From positions 392,632-456,631 of the forward strand of contig JBBRSP010000001.1 of assembly GCA_038245295.1 (NCBI GenBank): a DNA stretch of 64,000 nucleotides. The letters are read 5' to 3'. Below, piece after piece: positions 20,618-30,544 of this stretch. This DNA comes from Candidatus Binatia bacterium. Its GTDB lineage: Bacteria > Desulfobacterota > Binatia > HRBIN30. Each line of letters begins with the position of its first letter. The stretch's first letter is position 1. The translations under genes were made by a program, and so were the position numbers. Below the pieces are notes generated by a model. That model was not told the origin of the DNA and did no database searches. It saw nothing but the letters and a program-made list of their open reading frames with translations.

Positions 20618-22146
20618 TTACCAAAGGCAGTCAGATTACTTCCGATCTGCAGCTCAAGGCCGAGGTGTGTGTCATCGGCACCGGCGCCGGCGGTGCGGTC
20701 ATCGCCAAGGAGCTCGCCGAGGCCGGGCGCGATGTGATCGTTCTCGAGCAGGGCGGGTATTACACCAAGGAAGACTTCACGCAGCGCGAAGACGAGATGA
20801 TGCCGCTGCTGTACGAGGATGGCGGCCAGCGCGCTACCACCGACGGCTCGCTGCTCATTCTGCAGGGCCGCAATGTCGGCGGCTCAACGGTGCACAATCT
20901 TTGTTACTGCTTTCGTACGCCGAAACCGATCCTCGAGAAGTGGAAGCGCGAGGACGGCTTGCGTGATCTGTCGTACGACGACCTGGTGCCGTCCTTCGAG
21001 CGCGTCGAGAAGATGCTCAAGGTGAAGGACATCAAGCCGCATGAGGTCAACACCCTGAACAACAAGCTGCGCGAGGGCTGCGAGAAGCTCGGCTACCACG
21101 GGTTGATTGCCCAGCATAACCGCGAGAACTGCACCACGAGCGGTTTCTGCCTGCTTGGTTGCCCGTTCGATGCCAAGCAGAGCATGCTGATCACGTACAT
21201 CCCGGCGGCGTCGAAGGCCGGGGCGCGCATCTACGCCAATTGCGCCGTCGACCGCCTGGTGGCGGTTGAGGATCGTGTACGGCGCGTCGAAGCCAGCGTG
21301 CTCGACGACTTCGGTCGCGTGCAGCACAAAGTCAACGTCGAAGCGTCGCTCGTCGTGCTCAGCGCCGGAGCGATCAATTCACCGCAGATCCTGCTGAAGA
21401 GCGGCATCGCCAACAGCAGCGGCCAGGTCGGCAAGAACCTGCACGTGCATCCGAGTGTGGTGCTGGCCGGCATCTATGACGAAGACATCAACGGCTACAC
21501 CGGTGTGCCGCAGTCGTACTACATCGACGAATTCATCGATCTCGAGAAGGACCCGAATAGCGGGTACATCCTGATGCCCGTGTTTGGATTTCCAGTGACC
21601 ACGGCGGCGCAGTTGCCAGGGTTTGGCCGCGAGCACACCGAGATCATGCAGAGCTTTCACCGCATGGTCGGACTGCTGGTGTTGATGCACGACCAGTCGG
21701 CCGGCGAAGTGCGCATCAACCGCGCCGGCAAACCGGAGATCTCGTACAGCGTCAGCGCCAAGGAGCAGAAGCTCTTCGTCGAAGGGATGAAACACTGTGC
21801 CGAGATCTTGTTCGCCAGCGGCGCGCGCAAGGTGATGGTTCCCTACGAAGATCCGCTGTGGCTGAAGCCCGGTGACGCGCTGAGCGCGGTCGACGCGCGC
21901 GGTTTGCGCTCCAACGAGATCCAGATCGCCTCGACACACCCGCAGAGCACCTGCCGCATGGGCGAGGATCCGAAACGTTCGGTGGTCAATTCCTGGTGCC
22001 GCTCGCACGACGTGAAAAACCTGTTCGTCTGCGACATGAGCGTCTTCCCGTCGTCGCTCGGCGCGCCGCCGCAAATCACCACCGCGTCGCTCGCCGATCG
22101 CACGGCTCATTACATTGCCCAGAATTTCGCGACACTGGTCGCCTGA
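20614..22146 (+). CDS. GMC family FAD oxidoreductase
   Basis: GTGAGG FAD motif, GRNVGGSTVHN, Cys cluster CTTSGFCLLGC, HPQSTCRMG, NLFVCDMSVFP. Confidence 0.92.
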   Translation: MITKGSQITSDLQLKAEVCVIGTGAGGAVIAKELAEAGRDVIVLEQGGYYTKEDFTQREDEMMPLLYEDGGQRATTDGSLLILQGRNVGGSTVHNLCYCFRTPKPILEKWKREDGLRDLSYDDLVPSFERVEKMLKVKDIKPHEVNTLNNKLREGCEKLGYHGLIAQHNRENCTTSGFCLLGCPFDAKQSMLITYIPAASKAGARIYANCAVDRLVAVEDRVRRVEASVLDDFGRVQHKVNVEASLVVLSAGAINSPQILLKSGIANSSGQVGKNLHVHPSVVLAGIYDEDINGYTGVPQSYYIDEFIDLEKDPNSGYILMPVFGFPVTTAAQLPGFGREHTEIMQSFHRMVGLLVLMHDQSAGEVRINRAGKPEISYSVSAKEQKLFVEGMKHCAEILFASGARKVMVPYEDPLWLKPGDALSAVDARGLRSNEIQIASTHPQSTCRMGEDPKRSVVNSWCRSHDVKNLFVCDMSVFPSSLGAPPQITTASLADRTAHYIAQNFATLVA

Positions 22147-22193
22147 CGTCGACGCGCGCGTGACATACTCGTCAGAGATGAGAAGCAAGCACC

Positions 22194-22341
22194 CCCTCTC
22201 CCACTGCGAGCGGTATCGAAGGGTGTGGGAGAGGGTCGGGGTGAGGGCACCCGACTGAATCCTGTTCGCTTCCGTGAACGAGCTGCACCCTCACCCTAAC
22301 CCTCTCCCAGAGCTCGCCCATCCGGTCGAGCTGGGAGAGGG
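22194..22341. repeat. CCCTCTCCC/GGGAGAGGG palindromic repeat element, copy 1
   Basis: CCCTCTCCC..GGGAGAGGGTCGGGGTGAGGG..CCCTCACCCTAACCCTCTCCC..GGGAGAGGG; related copy at 33270-33410. Confidence 0.85.
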
Positions 22342-22380
22342 AATGCTTCGTAGCCGCAACAGCCAAGAAGGGATCAACAT

Positions 22381-22707
22381 ATGGCTCTCCCCGAAAGTCT
22401 CTTTCCAACCCAAGTGAAGCAGCTTCTCGATGCCGGAAGGCCGCTGGTGTTGCTCGACGTGCGTGAGAACGAAGAGGTGGCGATCGCACGCATCCCCGGC
22501 TCCGTGCACATTCCCATGGGCGACATCCCGGGACGCCTGCACGAGCTCGACCCTGACGCCGACATGGTCGTCTACTGTCACCACGGCATGCGCAGCGCCA
22601 ACGTGATTGCCTTCCTGCGGCAACACGAGTTCCGCAATCTCGCCAATCTGACCGGCGGGATCGAGGCGTGGTCGGCGAGCGTCGATCCGGCGCTGCCGCG
22701 CTACTGA
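22381..22707 (+). CDS. Single-domain rhodanese / sulfurtransferase
   Basis: LLDVRE, active-site VYCHHGMRS, NLTGGIEAW. Confidence 0.9.
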   Translation: MALPESLFPTQVKQLLDAGRPLVLLDVRENEEVAIARIPGSVHIPMGDIPGRLHELDPDADMVVYCHHGMRSANVIAFLRQHEFRNLANLTGGIEAWSASVDPALPRY

Positions 22708-22793
22708 TCCCGTCGGTGCTCGAACGAGATTCGCCGCCCGGCGTGAGCCAACCAAACTCCCGCCCTTGAAGCAGGTATCGCCACGAAGGTACG

Positions 22794-25700
22794 GTGCAAT
22801 CGATGATGGATCGCGGGGGTGTCAGTCCTGCCACCGCGGCGCGTTCGTTTTTCGGTCGCGACGCGGAGCTCGCCGAGTTTGAGCGTGGCATCGAAGATAT
22901 GCTTGCCGGACACGGTCGGGTTTTTCTCGTGGCGGGTGACGCGGGCATCGGCAAGACACGCCTCGCCGATCAGGTCAGCAGCATCGCGAAGACCCACGGC
23001 GCGCGAATCTTTTGGGGCCGTTGCTGGGAGAGCGGCGGCGCACCGGTGTACTGGCCCTGGGTTCAGGCACTGCGCAGCTACATTACGAGTCGTGATAGCG
23101 CCGCCCTGGCGCAGGAGCTTGGGGTAGGCGCCTCGGATATCGCCACGCTGCTGCCTGATCTGCGGGCTCGTCTGCCCGAGCTGCCGCCGCTCACCGAGTT
23201 CGACCCGGAAAGTGCCCGGTTTCGTCTATTCGATGCGCTGACCGTCTGGCTGAAGCAGATCGCCGCCAGTGGTCCGCTGGTGCTGGTGCTGGACGACTTG
23301 CATGCGGCCGACCTACCGTCGCTGCTGTTGCTACGTTTCGCGGCGCGCGAGATCCGCGACGCGGCGTTGATGATCATCGGCACCTATCGCGAGCTCGAAG
23401 CAGCGCGCAACCCCGCCGTGGCTCAGGTGATGGCCGAGGTCTCACGTGAGGCTGCCCGCGTTTCCCTCGGCGGTCTCAGCCGTGAGGACGTCGCGAGCTA
23501 CGTGCGCGCCAGCGTTGCTACGCAGCCCGTCGAATCACTGATCGATTCGCTCTACGACGCCACCGACGGCAATCCGTTGTTTCTCTCGGAGAGTCTGCGC
23601 GTGCTGGCGAGCGACACGCGCCGCGGCGTGCCGACCGCGATTCGTATTCCCGATGAGGTGAGCGTGGCATTGCGTCAGCGGATCGAGCCGCTCGACCCGA
23701 CCCTGCGGTCGCTGCTGTCGTACGCCGCGGTGATCGGCCGCGAGTTTGATCTGCGGGTTCTCGAGCGTGTCGCCGAGCGTCAGGATCTCGGCAACGACAC
23801 GATGCGGTGGCTCGACGTGGCGCAAAGCGCCGGAATGATTGAACCGCTCGGCGACCAGATCGGCCGGTACCGCTTCCTGCATGCGCTGATTCGCGACACC
23901 CTGTACGAGGCGCTGCCGGTGGCGGCGCGGGCTGCCGCGCATCGGCTCGTCGGGGAGGCGCTCGAAGACCGCTACCAGGGCAATGCCGCACCTCATCTTG
24001 CCGAGCTGGCGCATCATTTCTTCCGCGCCGCGGCGGACGGCGACGTCATGAAGGCCATCGAGTACGCCAAACGTGCGGGCGATCGCGCCACGGCTCTGCT
24101 GGCGTACGAGGAGGCGGTCGAGCACTACGACCGCGCCCTGCATGTCATTGATCGCCTTGCCGATGAACGCTCCCTGACGGCGCACGAGCGTTGCGACTTG
24201 CTGCTGGCGCTCGGCGAAGCGCAGTGGGGTGCGGGCGACTTGGAAGGCGCGCGCGCGACATTCTTTCGCGCCGTCGAGGGCGCCCGAGGTCTGCAAGGCG
24301 AGGAGGGCGCCTACCTCTTCGCCCTGTCGGCGATTGGCTTTGGTGGCCGCCAGCAGCGTGCCCATCTCGTCTTCGACCCGGAGGTCGTGGCGCTGCTCGA
24401 GGAAGCCCTGGCCAAGCTCAACAACAAAGCGAGCGGACTACGGGCGCGACTGATGGCGCGGTTGGCTTATGCGCTCTACTCCCAGGCGGGCTCGCATGAC
24501 CGCCGTCAGCTCTTGTGCCGCGACGCCGTCGCCATGGCGCGGAAAGTCGGTGACGTCACGACTCTGCGCTGGGTGCTCAACGATTGGCGCTGGGCGCTCT
24601 GGGAGCCCGACAGCATCAGCGAACGCCTCAACATTGCCGACGAACTGGTGTTACTCGCCGAGCAATCGCAGGATCGCGAGATGGCGTTGAGCGAGCACGC
24701 CTGGCGCTTCGTCGACTATCTCGAGCTTGCCAACATCGCCGCCGTTGATGCCGAGATCTCGACGTTCGTGCGCGGTGCACATGAGCTGCGCCGGCCGTGG
24801 TTCTTGTGGTACGTCGGACGGTTTGGTGCCTGCCAGGCCATGCTCGAGGGTCGGTTCGATGATGCCGAGCGACTGGTCGGTGAGGGCTTGGCCGCCGCCC
24901 AACGCGTCAGCCACAACGATGCGATGCTCATCTATGGCACGCTGATCCTGGCGCTGCGGATGGAGCAGGGGCGTACCGCCGAGCTCGAAGCCGGCGTGCA
25001 GTCGTTCGTAACGCAATATCCGAGTGTCCCGATCTGGCGCTACTTTCTCGGCTTCCTACACTCGCAGTTGGGTCGTAAAGCCGAAACGCAGCTCGAGTTC
25101 GAACGTGTGGCGCATTCGAACTTTGCTGATCTGCCGCGTGACTACTCGCGCCTGCAAGTCGCCGTCTACTTGACCGAATCATGCACCTTCCTCGGTGATC
25201 CGGTCCGCGCTTCCGCCCTCTACGACTTGCTGCTCCCGTATGTGTCGCGCGCCGTTGTCGTAGGCTACGGCATCCTCTGCTTCGGTGCGGTCGCGCGTTA
25301 CCTCGGCATGCTGGCGAGTGTGATGGGATGCTGGGACGATGCCGAGCGCCACTTCGAAACGGCGATGCAGGTGAACGGGCGATTACGGGCTCGCCCGGCG
25401 CTGGCGCGCACCAAGTTCGAGCACGCGCGCATGCTGCAACGCCGCCTCACCACGACGCCGGCGGATGGCAACGATCTACAACGAGCCATGCTTCTGGCCG
25501 AGGGGGCCGTTATCGGCGCGCGCGACCTAGGGATGCACGGACTAGAGGTCCAGGCACACGAGCTCCTCGATACCTTGCGTGGCGTGAAGAAGCCGAGCCT
25601 GACACCGCCGCCGGCCGAGCGCGGCTCGGCAAGTGCGGTGCGTGTTGCGGCGTTCCGGTGCCAGGGCGATTACTGGGCGATTACGTTCGATGGCCAATCG

Positions 25701-26210
25701 GCGCAGCTCAAGGATCTGCTCGGCTTTGCCTACATCGCCTATCTACTGCGACACCCGGGTGTCGAGTTCCACGTCTTCGATCTCGTGCATTCGGACGACG
25801 CGGCGGGCATTGGCGGCGACGCAATCGGCTCTCTCGGCGGCGACGCCGGCGAGCTGTTGGATGGGCGCGCCAAGAGTGCATACAAACAGCGCCTGCGCGA
25901 TTTGCGCGAAAACCTCGAAGAAGCGGAATCGCTCAACGACCTCGGGCGAGCGGCACACGCACGCGCCGAGATCGACGTGCTGAGCCAGGAGCTGGCACGC
26001 AGCATCGGTCTCGGCGGGCGCGACCGCCGTGCCGCTTCGTTGGCGGAACGAGCCCGTGTCAACGTAACCAAAAGAATCTCGATTGCTATGAAGCGGATCT
26101 CGGAGCATGTGCCGAGTATGGGCCGCTACCTCGATCGTGCCATCAAGACTGGTACGTTTTGTTCCTATGCTCCGGATCCCGATGTGACCGTGGCGTGGGA
26201 GCTCGATTGA
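22794..26210 (+). CDS. Large AAA/STAND-like ATPase with helical repeats and C-terminal putative effector domain
   Basis: FFGRDAEL, Walker A GDAGIGKT, Walker B LVLDDLH, GNPLF; TPR-like middle. Confidence 0.85.
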   Translation: MQSMMDRGGVSPATAARSFFGRDAELAEFERGIEDMLAGHGRVFLVAGDAGIGKTRLADQVSSIAKTHGARIFWGRCWESGGAPVYWPWVQALRSYITSRDSAALAQELGVGASDIATLLPDLRARLPELPPLTEFDPESARFRLFDALTVWLKQIAASGPLVLVLDDLHAADLPSLLLLRFAAREIRDAALMIIGTYRELEAARNPAVAQVMAEVSREAARVSLGGLSREDVASYVRASVATQPVESLIDSLYDATDGNPLFLSESLRVLASDTRRGVPTAIRIPDEVSVALRQRIEPLDPTLRSLLSYAAVIGREFDLRVLERVAERQDLGNDTMRWLDVAQSAGMIEPLGDQIGRYRFLHALIRDTLYEALPVAARAAAHRLVGEALEDRYQGNAAPHLAELAHHFFRAAADGDVMKAIEYAKRAGDRATALLAYEEAVEHYDRALHVIDRLADERSLTAHERCDLLLALGEAQWGAGDLEGARATFFRAVEGARGLQGEEGAYLFALSAIGFGGRQQRAHLVFDPEVVALLEEALAKLNNKASGLRARLMARLAYALYSQAGSHDRRQLLCRDAVAMARKVGDVTTLRWVLNDWRWALWEPDSISERLNIADELVLLAEQSQDREMALSEHAWRFVDYLELANIAAVDAEISTFVRGAHELRRPWFLWYVGRFGACQAMLEGRFDDAERLVGEGLAAAQRVSHNDAMLIYGTLILALRMEQGRTAELEAGVQSFVTQYPSVPIWRYFLGFLHSQLGRKAETQLEFERVAHSNFADLPRDYSRLQVAVYLTESCTFLGDPVRASALYDLLLPYVSRAVVVGYGILCFGAVARYLGMLASVMGCWDDAERHFETAMQVNGRLRARPALARTKFEHARMLQRRLTTTPADGNDLQRAMLLAEGAVIGARDLGMHGLEVQAHELLDTLRGVKKPSLTPPPAERGSASAVRVAAFRCQGDYWAITFDGQSAQLKDLLGFAYIAYLLRHPGVEFHVFDLVHSDDAAGIGGDAIGSLGGDAGELLDGRAKSAYKQRLRDLRENLEEAESLNDLGRAAHARAEIDVLSQELARSIGLGGRDRRAASLAERARVNVTKRISIAMKRISEHVPSMGRYLDRAIKTGTFCSYAPDPDVTVAWELD

Positions 26211-27532
26211 ACAACCTGCGCAGTTCGGCGATCGAGCCCATCGCCGAGGCAACCTATGAGCAACAGCGAGACGAGCTAGTCCGCGCGCACGCCTTCTGGG
26301 TTTGTGTGGTGGTGCTGTGTCTTGATGTAATTTTCCTCATCGCGCTGCTGCTGGTTGCGCCGGCGGTTCTGGAAAAGCAGTGGTGGTTCAACGCGGCTGG
26401 CGTGCTGTCTCCGGCGTTGGCGTTGGTGCTGCTGTCGCTGCCATTCCGCATCTCGACGTCGCAAGCGATTTTCGTCAGTGACATGGTGTTCACCTTGAGT
26501 GTTGTGGGGCGGGCGTTTGTTCCGGAAGCACGCACCGGCGGGGTGTGTGCTTTCACTCTCATCAAACTCGCCGCTACGTCCATTCTCATTCCGTGGTCAC
26601 CCGCCATGCAGATCATTTCCACATTGATGACCGTGGGCTTGTACTGGCTTTGCATGTGGGGGACCGGCCGTCTGGAGGCGGCCGGTCCTGACCTGGCGTA
26701 TGTGGCGACGGCGCCGTTGTTTGGCGGCCTGCTGTCCATCCTCGGCGCGCAAAGCGCCGACGTGTTGCGGCGCGCCGTGTTCCGACAGCAACGCGCCGCC
26801 GAATCGCAGGCGAAGATGAGCTCGCACTTTGCCGCGACGATGAGCCACGAGCTACGCAATATGCTCGGCGCCGTTCTCGGCTACGGCGAGATCCTCGCCG
26901 ACGTAACGCGCGACTCGAAAGTAGAAGTCGAGGTCGAGGCGCCGCGCCGGCTGCAAGCGTTAGCACATCAGGGCATCGACATCATCAACGTGACTCTCGA
27001 GATCAGCCGCGCCGACTCCGGCGCGCTGACGATCGAGCGTCAGCCGATCCGCCTTGCCGCGCTGTTTGCGGAGGTGGAGGGCGACTTTGCCATGCGCGGC
27101 GGGCGTTCCGTGGTGGAATTGCAGTGGCATGCCGATCCCGAACTCGAGATCGTCAGTGATCCGGTCAAGCTGAAGATGATCCTGCGCAACCTCGTCGGCA
27201 ACGCGATCAAGTTTACCGAGCATGGGGAAATCGTCGTGGCGGCGACACGCCACGACGATGGCGTCGAGATTGCGGTTGCCGACAGCGGCGAAGGTATCTC
27301 GGCGGTGGATTGTCGGCTCATCTTCGATGCGTTCCAGCAAGGGGGTCCTTCGCAGCGACGCCGCGACGGCGCCGGCCTCGGACTGTACGTCGTCCATCGT
27401 CTAGTCACCGCCCTCGGCGGACGCATCACGGTCGAGAGCACCCTGGGGCATGGCTCGACGTTCCGCATCGTACTGCCATCGGCGACCGGCGCCGCTGTTG
27501 GTGACCAGCAGCGGGCGATGCCCGCCCTGTGA
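26207..27532 (+). CDS. Membrane sensor histidine kinase
   Basis: TM region, H-box SHELRN, N-box NLVGNAIKFT, G boxes DSGEG and GAGLGL; TTG start overlaps upstream stop (ORF-track start 25328 overlaps the ATPase). Confidence 0.88.
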   Translation: MNNLRSSAIEPIAEATYEQQRDELVRAHAFWVCVVVLCLDVIFLIALLLVAPAVLEKQWWFNAAGVLSPALALVLLSLPFRISTSQAIFVSDMVFTLSVVGRAFVPEARTGGVCAFTLIKLAATSILIPWSPAMQIISTLMTVGLYWLCMWGTGRLEAAGPDLAYVATAPLFGGLLSILGAQSADVLRRAVFRQQRAAESQAKMSSHFAATMSHELRNMLGAVLGYGEILADVTRDSKVEVEVEAPRRLQALAHQGIDIINVTLEISRADSGALTIERQPIRLAALFAEVEGDFAMRGGRSVVELQWHADPELEIVSDPVKLKMILRNLVGNAIKFTEHGEIVVAATRHDDGVEIAVADSGEGISAVDCRLIFDAFQQGGPSQRRRDGAGLGLYVVHRLVTALGGRITVESTLGHGSTFRIVLPSATGAAVGDQQRAMPAL

Positions 27533-27728
27533 GTGAACTCTCGCCTTTCCTGCCGCCACCTGCCCCCGCCGGTTCGGTACGCGTGCTTCTGCTTGACCGG
27601 TTCGGTTCGGACGGGTTACCCGCGCAGCAGTGGGTCGATTCTGACAATCTGGGCTGACATGGAAACGGCCGCGGGAATGTCCCGCAGCCGTTTCCGAGGG
27701 GTCGCCCTCGAACGAGGGCGACGTCCGC

Positions 27729-29360
27729 TTATGTATGCGTCGGCAGACGTCGCAAGCCGAGCAGACCGACGAGGGTGAGCGAGGCGGCCAGCGCGAGTAT
27801 CATCCCCGGCGACAGGGCCGGTGCCGGCGCGGATCGGCTGACGAGAATGACCGCTCCCACCTGTCCTGGCGGCGTTCCCAAGCAACTATCGATGACGTAG
27901 ATCGGCTCGCCGCCCACGAGCGGACGTGTCAGCGTAATCGAGAAGAAGCCGGCGGCGCTGGTGCCACCCTGGCCGAGGACGTTGTCGTCGCCGTTTTGGC
28001 AGATGCGGTCGGTCCCGCAGTCCATGATCCGGATGCAGGTACTGGCCTCGTTCGGCGCGCCGCGCCCGGTGACGACGGTTGAACCTGCCGTTGCGCCGCC
28101 CGTGATACTCGGTCCCACAGGGGTCGGGCTTGGTGTCGCCGTCGCGGAGCTCGTTGGTGTTGCCGTCGTCGTAGTTGTCGGCGTGATGGTTGGCGTGTCG
28201 GTCGGTGTACCGGTCGGCGTCTTCGTTGCGGTTACCGTCGCCGTGGTTGTCGGCGTTTGCGTCGGCGTGCTGGTCGAAGTCACGCTTGGCGTCGTCGTCG
28301 GCGTTTGCGTCGCGGTCTCCGTCGGCGTGCTCGTCGGTGTTTCCGTCGGCGTGGTCGTCGGGGTCTCCGTGGGCGTCGTTGTCGGGGTTTCCGTCGGCGT
28401 GTCGGTTGGCGTCGTTGTCGGCGTATCCGTCGGCGCCGTGGCTTCGAAGCCCGTGGCGAAGGAATTGGCGGTTGTTGCGGCGCCGGTGTTGTTGACGATC
28501 ATCGAGACGTCGTCGACGTAGAATCCTTGATGGGTTGGGTAGTCGTTGAAGCTATTCGACCACTTGATGCTGGTGCCCGGCGAGTACGGGCTGGCGTTGC
28601 AGTGGTTGAGCTGGTGCACCCAAACCGCGTCGGTGTCGGTCACTGTCACCTGGCCGCCCGTGCCTTCATCGATGACATAGGTGGTTGATCCGTAGGTGGA
28701 GAGGTCCGACGGTGTGACGTTCGGGTAGGTCGTCGTCATTTTCACCGTGTGCCAGGTGCCCGCCGCCACCGTGGTGAGGACAATCTCGGGAAAGTCCTGG
28801 TTCATGCAATCATCGGTGGAAGACAGGTGAAAGCGAGACAGTGTGACGTCCACGAGCGAGGTTGCCGTAATGTACAGGTTGCCGCCGGTACGCGACGGGT
28901 CGGCGAGGTCGCGGTTGCCTTCGTAGACGTTGAACCGCGAACCATCCCCCGGGGCAACTGCCCTGAACGCAAACGAGATGATCGACTGATCGCCGGCGGG
29001 TGTCACCGGGCTGTTGCCGCCGGCACCGAATGCCGTGGCCGCATTGGGAGCGCCGACGGTCGCGACGTAGGGCGTGAACGGCGGACCTGAACCAGGGCTG
29101 CCGTAGCTTCCGCTGTAGCGCCACGACTGTGTTCCGTTGAAAGCGTCGGTGTTCGCAACCACGTCGGAGTTGGCGTTGTTGTTGGTGAAACCCTGGGCGA
29201 CAATCCCGGCGTCCCAGCCGTTCTGAAGGCTCAGGTCGCCAAGACTGTACGGGGTGAACGCCGATGCCGGCCGGATGAAGGACCCGGTGGAAAGGATTAG
29301 CGCAACAGCAAGGACAAGCCGGCTCAGTGCGGGCTCGCGTCGATTGTGAACAGGGTGCAT
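27729..29360 (-). CDS. Secreted/surface protein with Pro-Thr linker and C-terminal sorting signal (IPTL-CTERM-like)
   Basis: GGAGG RBS, signal peptide, beta-rich domain, ~110-aa PT repeat, APAPALS + TM helix + RR tail. Confidence 0.8.
   Translation of the reverse strand: MHPVHNRREPALSRLVLAVALILSTGSFIRPASAFTPYSLGDLSLQNGWDAGIVAQGFTNNNANSDVVANTDAFNGTQSWRYSGSYGSPGSGPPFTPYVATVGAPNAATAFGAGGNSPVTPAGDQSIISFAFRAVAPGDGSRFNVYEGNRDLADPSRTGGNLYITATSLVDVTLSRFHLSSTDDCMNQDFPEIVLTTVAAGTWHTVKMTTTYPNVTPSDLSTYGSTTYVIDEGTGGQVTVTDTDAVWVHQLNHCNASPYSPGTSIKWSNSFNDYPTHQGFYVDDVSMIVNNTGAATTANSFATGFEATAPTDTPTTTPTDTPTETPTTTPTETPTTTPTETPTSTPTETATQTPTTTPSVTSTSTPTQTPTTTATVTATKTPTGTPTDTPTITPTTTTTATPTSSATATPSPTPVGPSITGGATAGSTVVTGRGAPNEASTCIRIMDCGTDRICQNGDDNVLGQGGTSAAGFFSITLTRPLVGGEPIYVIDSCLGTPPGQVGAVILVSRSAPAPALSPGMILALAASLTLVGLLGLRRLPTHT
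28110..28440 (-). repeat. Coding tandem repeat encoding (PTxT)n linker
   Basis: [15 protein letters not shown]... in the translation, 12-bp periodicity. Confidence 0.9.
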
Positions 29361-29525
29361 TGGACCTCCCTCAAGAACCTACTCGGCGGCAACGCGTGGA
29401 AGTGTGTCGGCGACGGCCTCGACCCACGATTCCGCTGCGATCACCGCAGCTCGAGCCTTATAGGGGGAGGGACGACGACTCTGTAAGCCGGGGTTACTAC
29501 GCGCGTAGGACTACGGGGCGAGGTT

Positions 29526-29933
29526 TCAGGGATTGAGGTAGTAGAAGGAGGGATCGATCTCGAGGTCGATCGAGGCGATGCTGGCCACGGGGCTGATGCC
29601 GATCTGATAGTATTTCATCTCGACGTGACTGCCGTCCTTCGAGGTGACCTTGAGTCGCAAGGATGGCTTGCCGTAGCTGCCGCCCCAGAGACCGTCGACG
29701 GCGACGTTCACGTCCTGGCAAGCCTTGATCGCTGGGCTCAGCTCGAGAGGTTTGCTTGGCGAGGTGAGACCTTTGAATCGAGTATATTGCGCGTCGGTGC
29801 ATCGCGCGATGACGTATTGTGTGTAGTAGCGGAGGTTGAACGGCGAGCGTGCTAAGTGATGGATCCACGCCAGGTACCCGCCGTAGACCAGGACAGCGAC
29901 GACCAATCCTTGCAACCTAAATCTTCGTTTCAC
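29526..29933 (-). CDS. Hypothetical membrane-anchored protein
   Basis: GTG start after GGAGAGGGAG, N-terminal TM, two Cys; no recognised family. Confidence 0.55.
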   Translation of the reverse strand: MKRRFRLQGLVVAVLVYGGYLAWIHHLARSPFNLRYYTQYVIARCTDAQYTRFKGLTSPSKPLELSPAIKACQDVNVAVDGLWGGSYGKPSLRLKVTSKDGSHVEMKYYQIGISPVASIASIDLEIDPSFYYLNP

Positions 29934-30000
29934 TGCGCTCCCTCTCCAGGATGGCGGTACCTCGACCGGCCGCCGATGCTTCTCTAGCATCGTCCGCACT

Positions 30001-30351
30001 ATGGAAACCGTGACCATCTATCACAACCCCCGCTGTTCTAAGAGCCGCGGTGCCTTGGAGATCTTGCAACAACGCAACTTCGATGTGCAAGTCATCGAGT
30101 ATCTGCAAGCGCCACCAAGTCGCCTGGAGCTCGAGCGCCTACGGCAGCTCCTCGGTGTGCCGGCCGGTGAGTGGGTGCGCCGGCAAGAGGACGCGTACAA
30201 GCAAGCCGGCTTGAGTGCCGCGAGCAGCGACGCGGAGATCCTCGACGCCATGGCAAGGTATCCGTCGATCATCGAGCGCCCGATCGTCATTCGCGGCCAA
30301 CGCGCCGTGCTGGCGCGGCCGTCGGAGCGTGTGCTGGAGATTCTCGACTGA
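30001..30351 (+). CDS. arsC: ArsC/Spx/MgsR family (glutaredoxin-type arsenate reductase-like)
   Basis: YHNPRCSKSR and IIERPIV motifs. Confidence 0.88.
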   Translation: METVTIYHNPRCSKSRGALEILQQRNFDVQVIEYLQAPPSRLELERLRQLLGVPAGEWVRRQEDAYKQAGLSAASSDAEILDAMARYPSIIERPIVIRGQRAVLARPSERVLEILD

Positions 30352-30357
30352 CAGGAA

Positions 30358-30476
30358 TTTCAACAGGATGGACAGGATAGACAGGATGCCCAGGATGGGC
30401 GCCTTCAACGTTCTGAATTGTTCGAAGATGTTTGACAGCGCTGGGGATCCTGTAAATCCTGTCCAGCCTGTTGAAA
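30358..30476. repeat. Inverted repeat built of 9-bp ACAGGAT units
   Basis: TTTCAACAGGATGGACAGGATAGACAGGAT (30358-30387) vs reverse complement of 30447-30476; 27/30 match. Confidence 0.85.
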
Positions 30477-30496
30477 CCCGTGCGGCGTAACTTCGA

Positions 30497-30527
30497 CTTG
30501 CCCGTGCCCTTGCCCTTGCCCGTGCCC
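30497..30527. repeat. GCCCNN hexamer tandem run
   Basis: CTTGCCCGTGCCCTTGCCCTTGCCCGTGCCC. Confidence 0.8.
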
Positions 30528-30544
30528 GGGTTCATACGACGCTA

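Noticed and set aside
25328..26206. N-terminal extensions given by the ORF track (also 37459, 39630, 43982, 49556)
   Set aside because: They overlap upstream genes in another frame; downstream starts with RBS or stop-start coupling fit better
30001..30351. Complete ars operon together with arsA
   Set aside because: arsC-like gene is isolated, 32 kb from a truncated arsA; no arsR, arsB or acr3 seen
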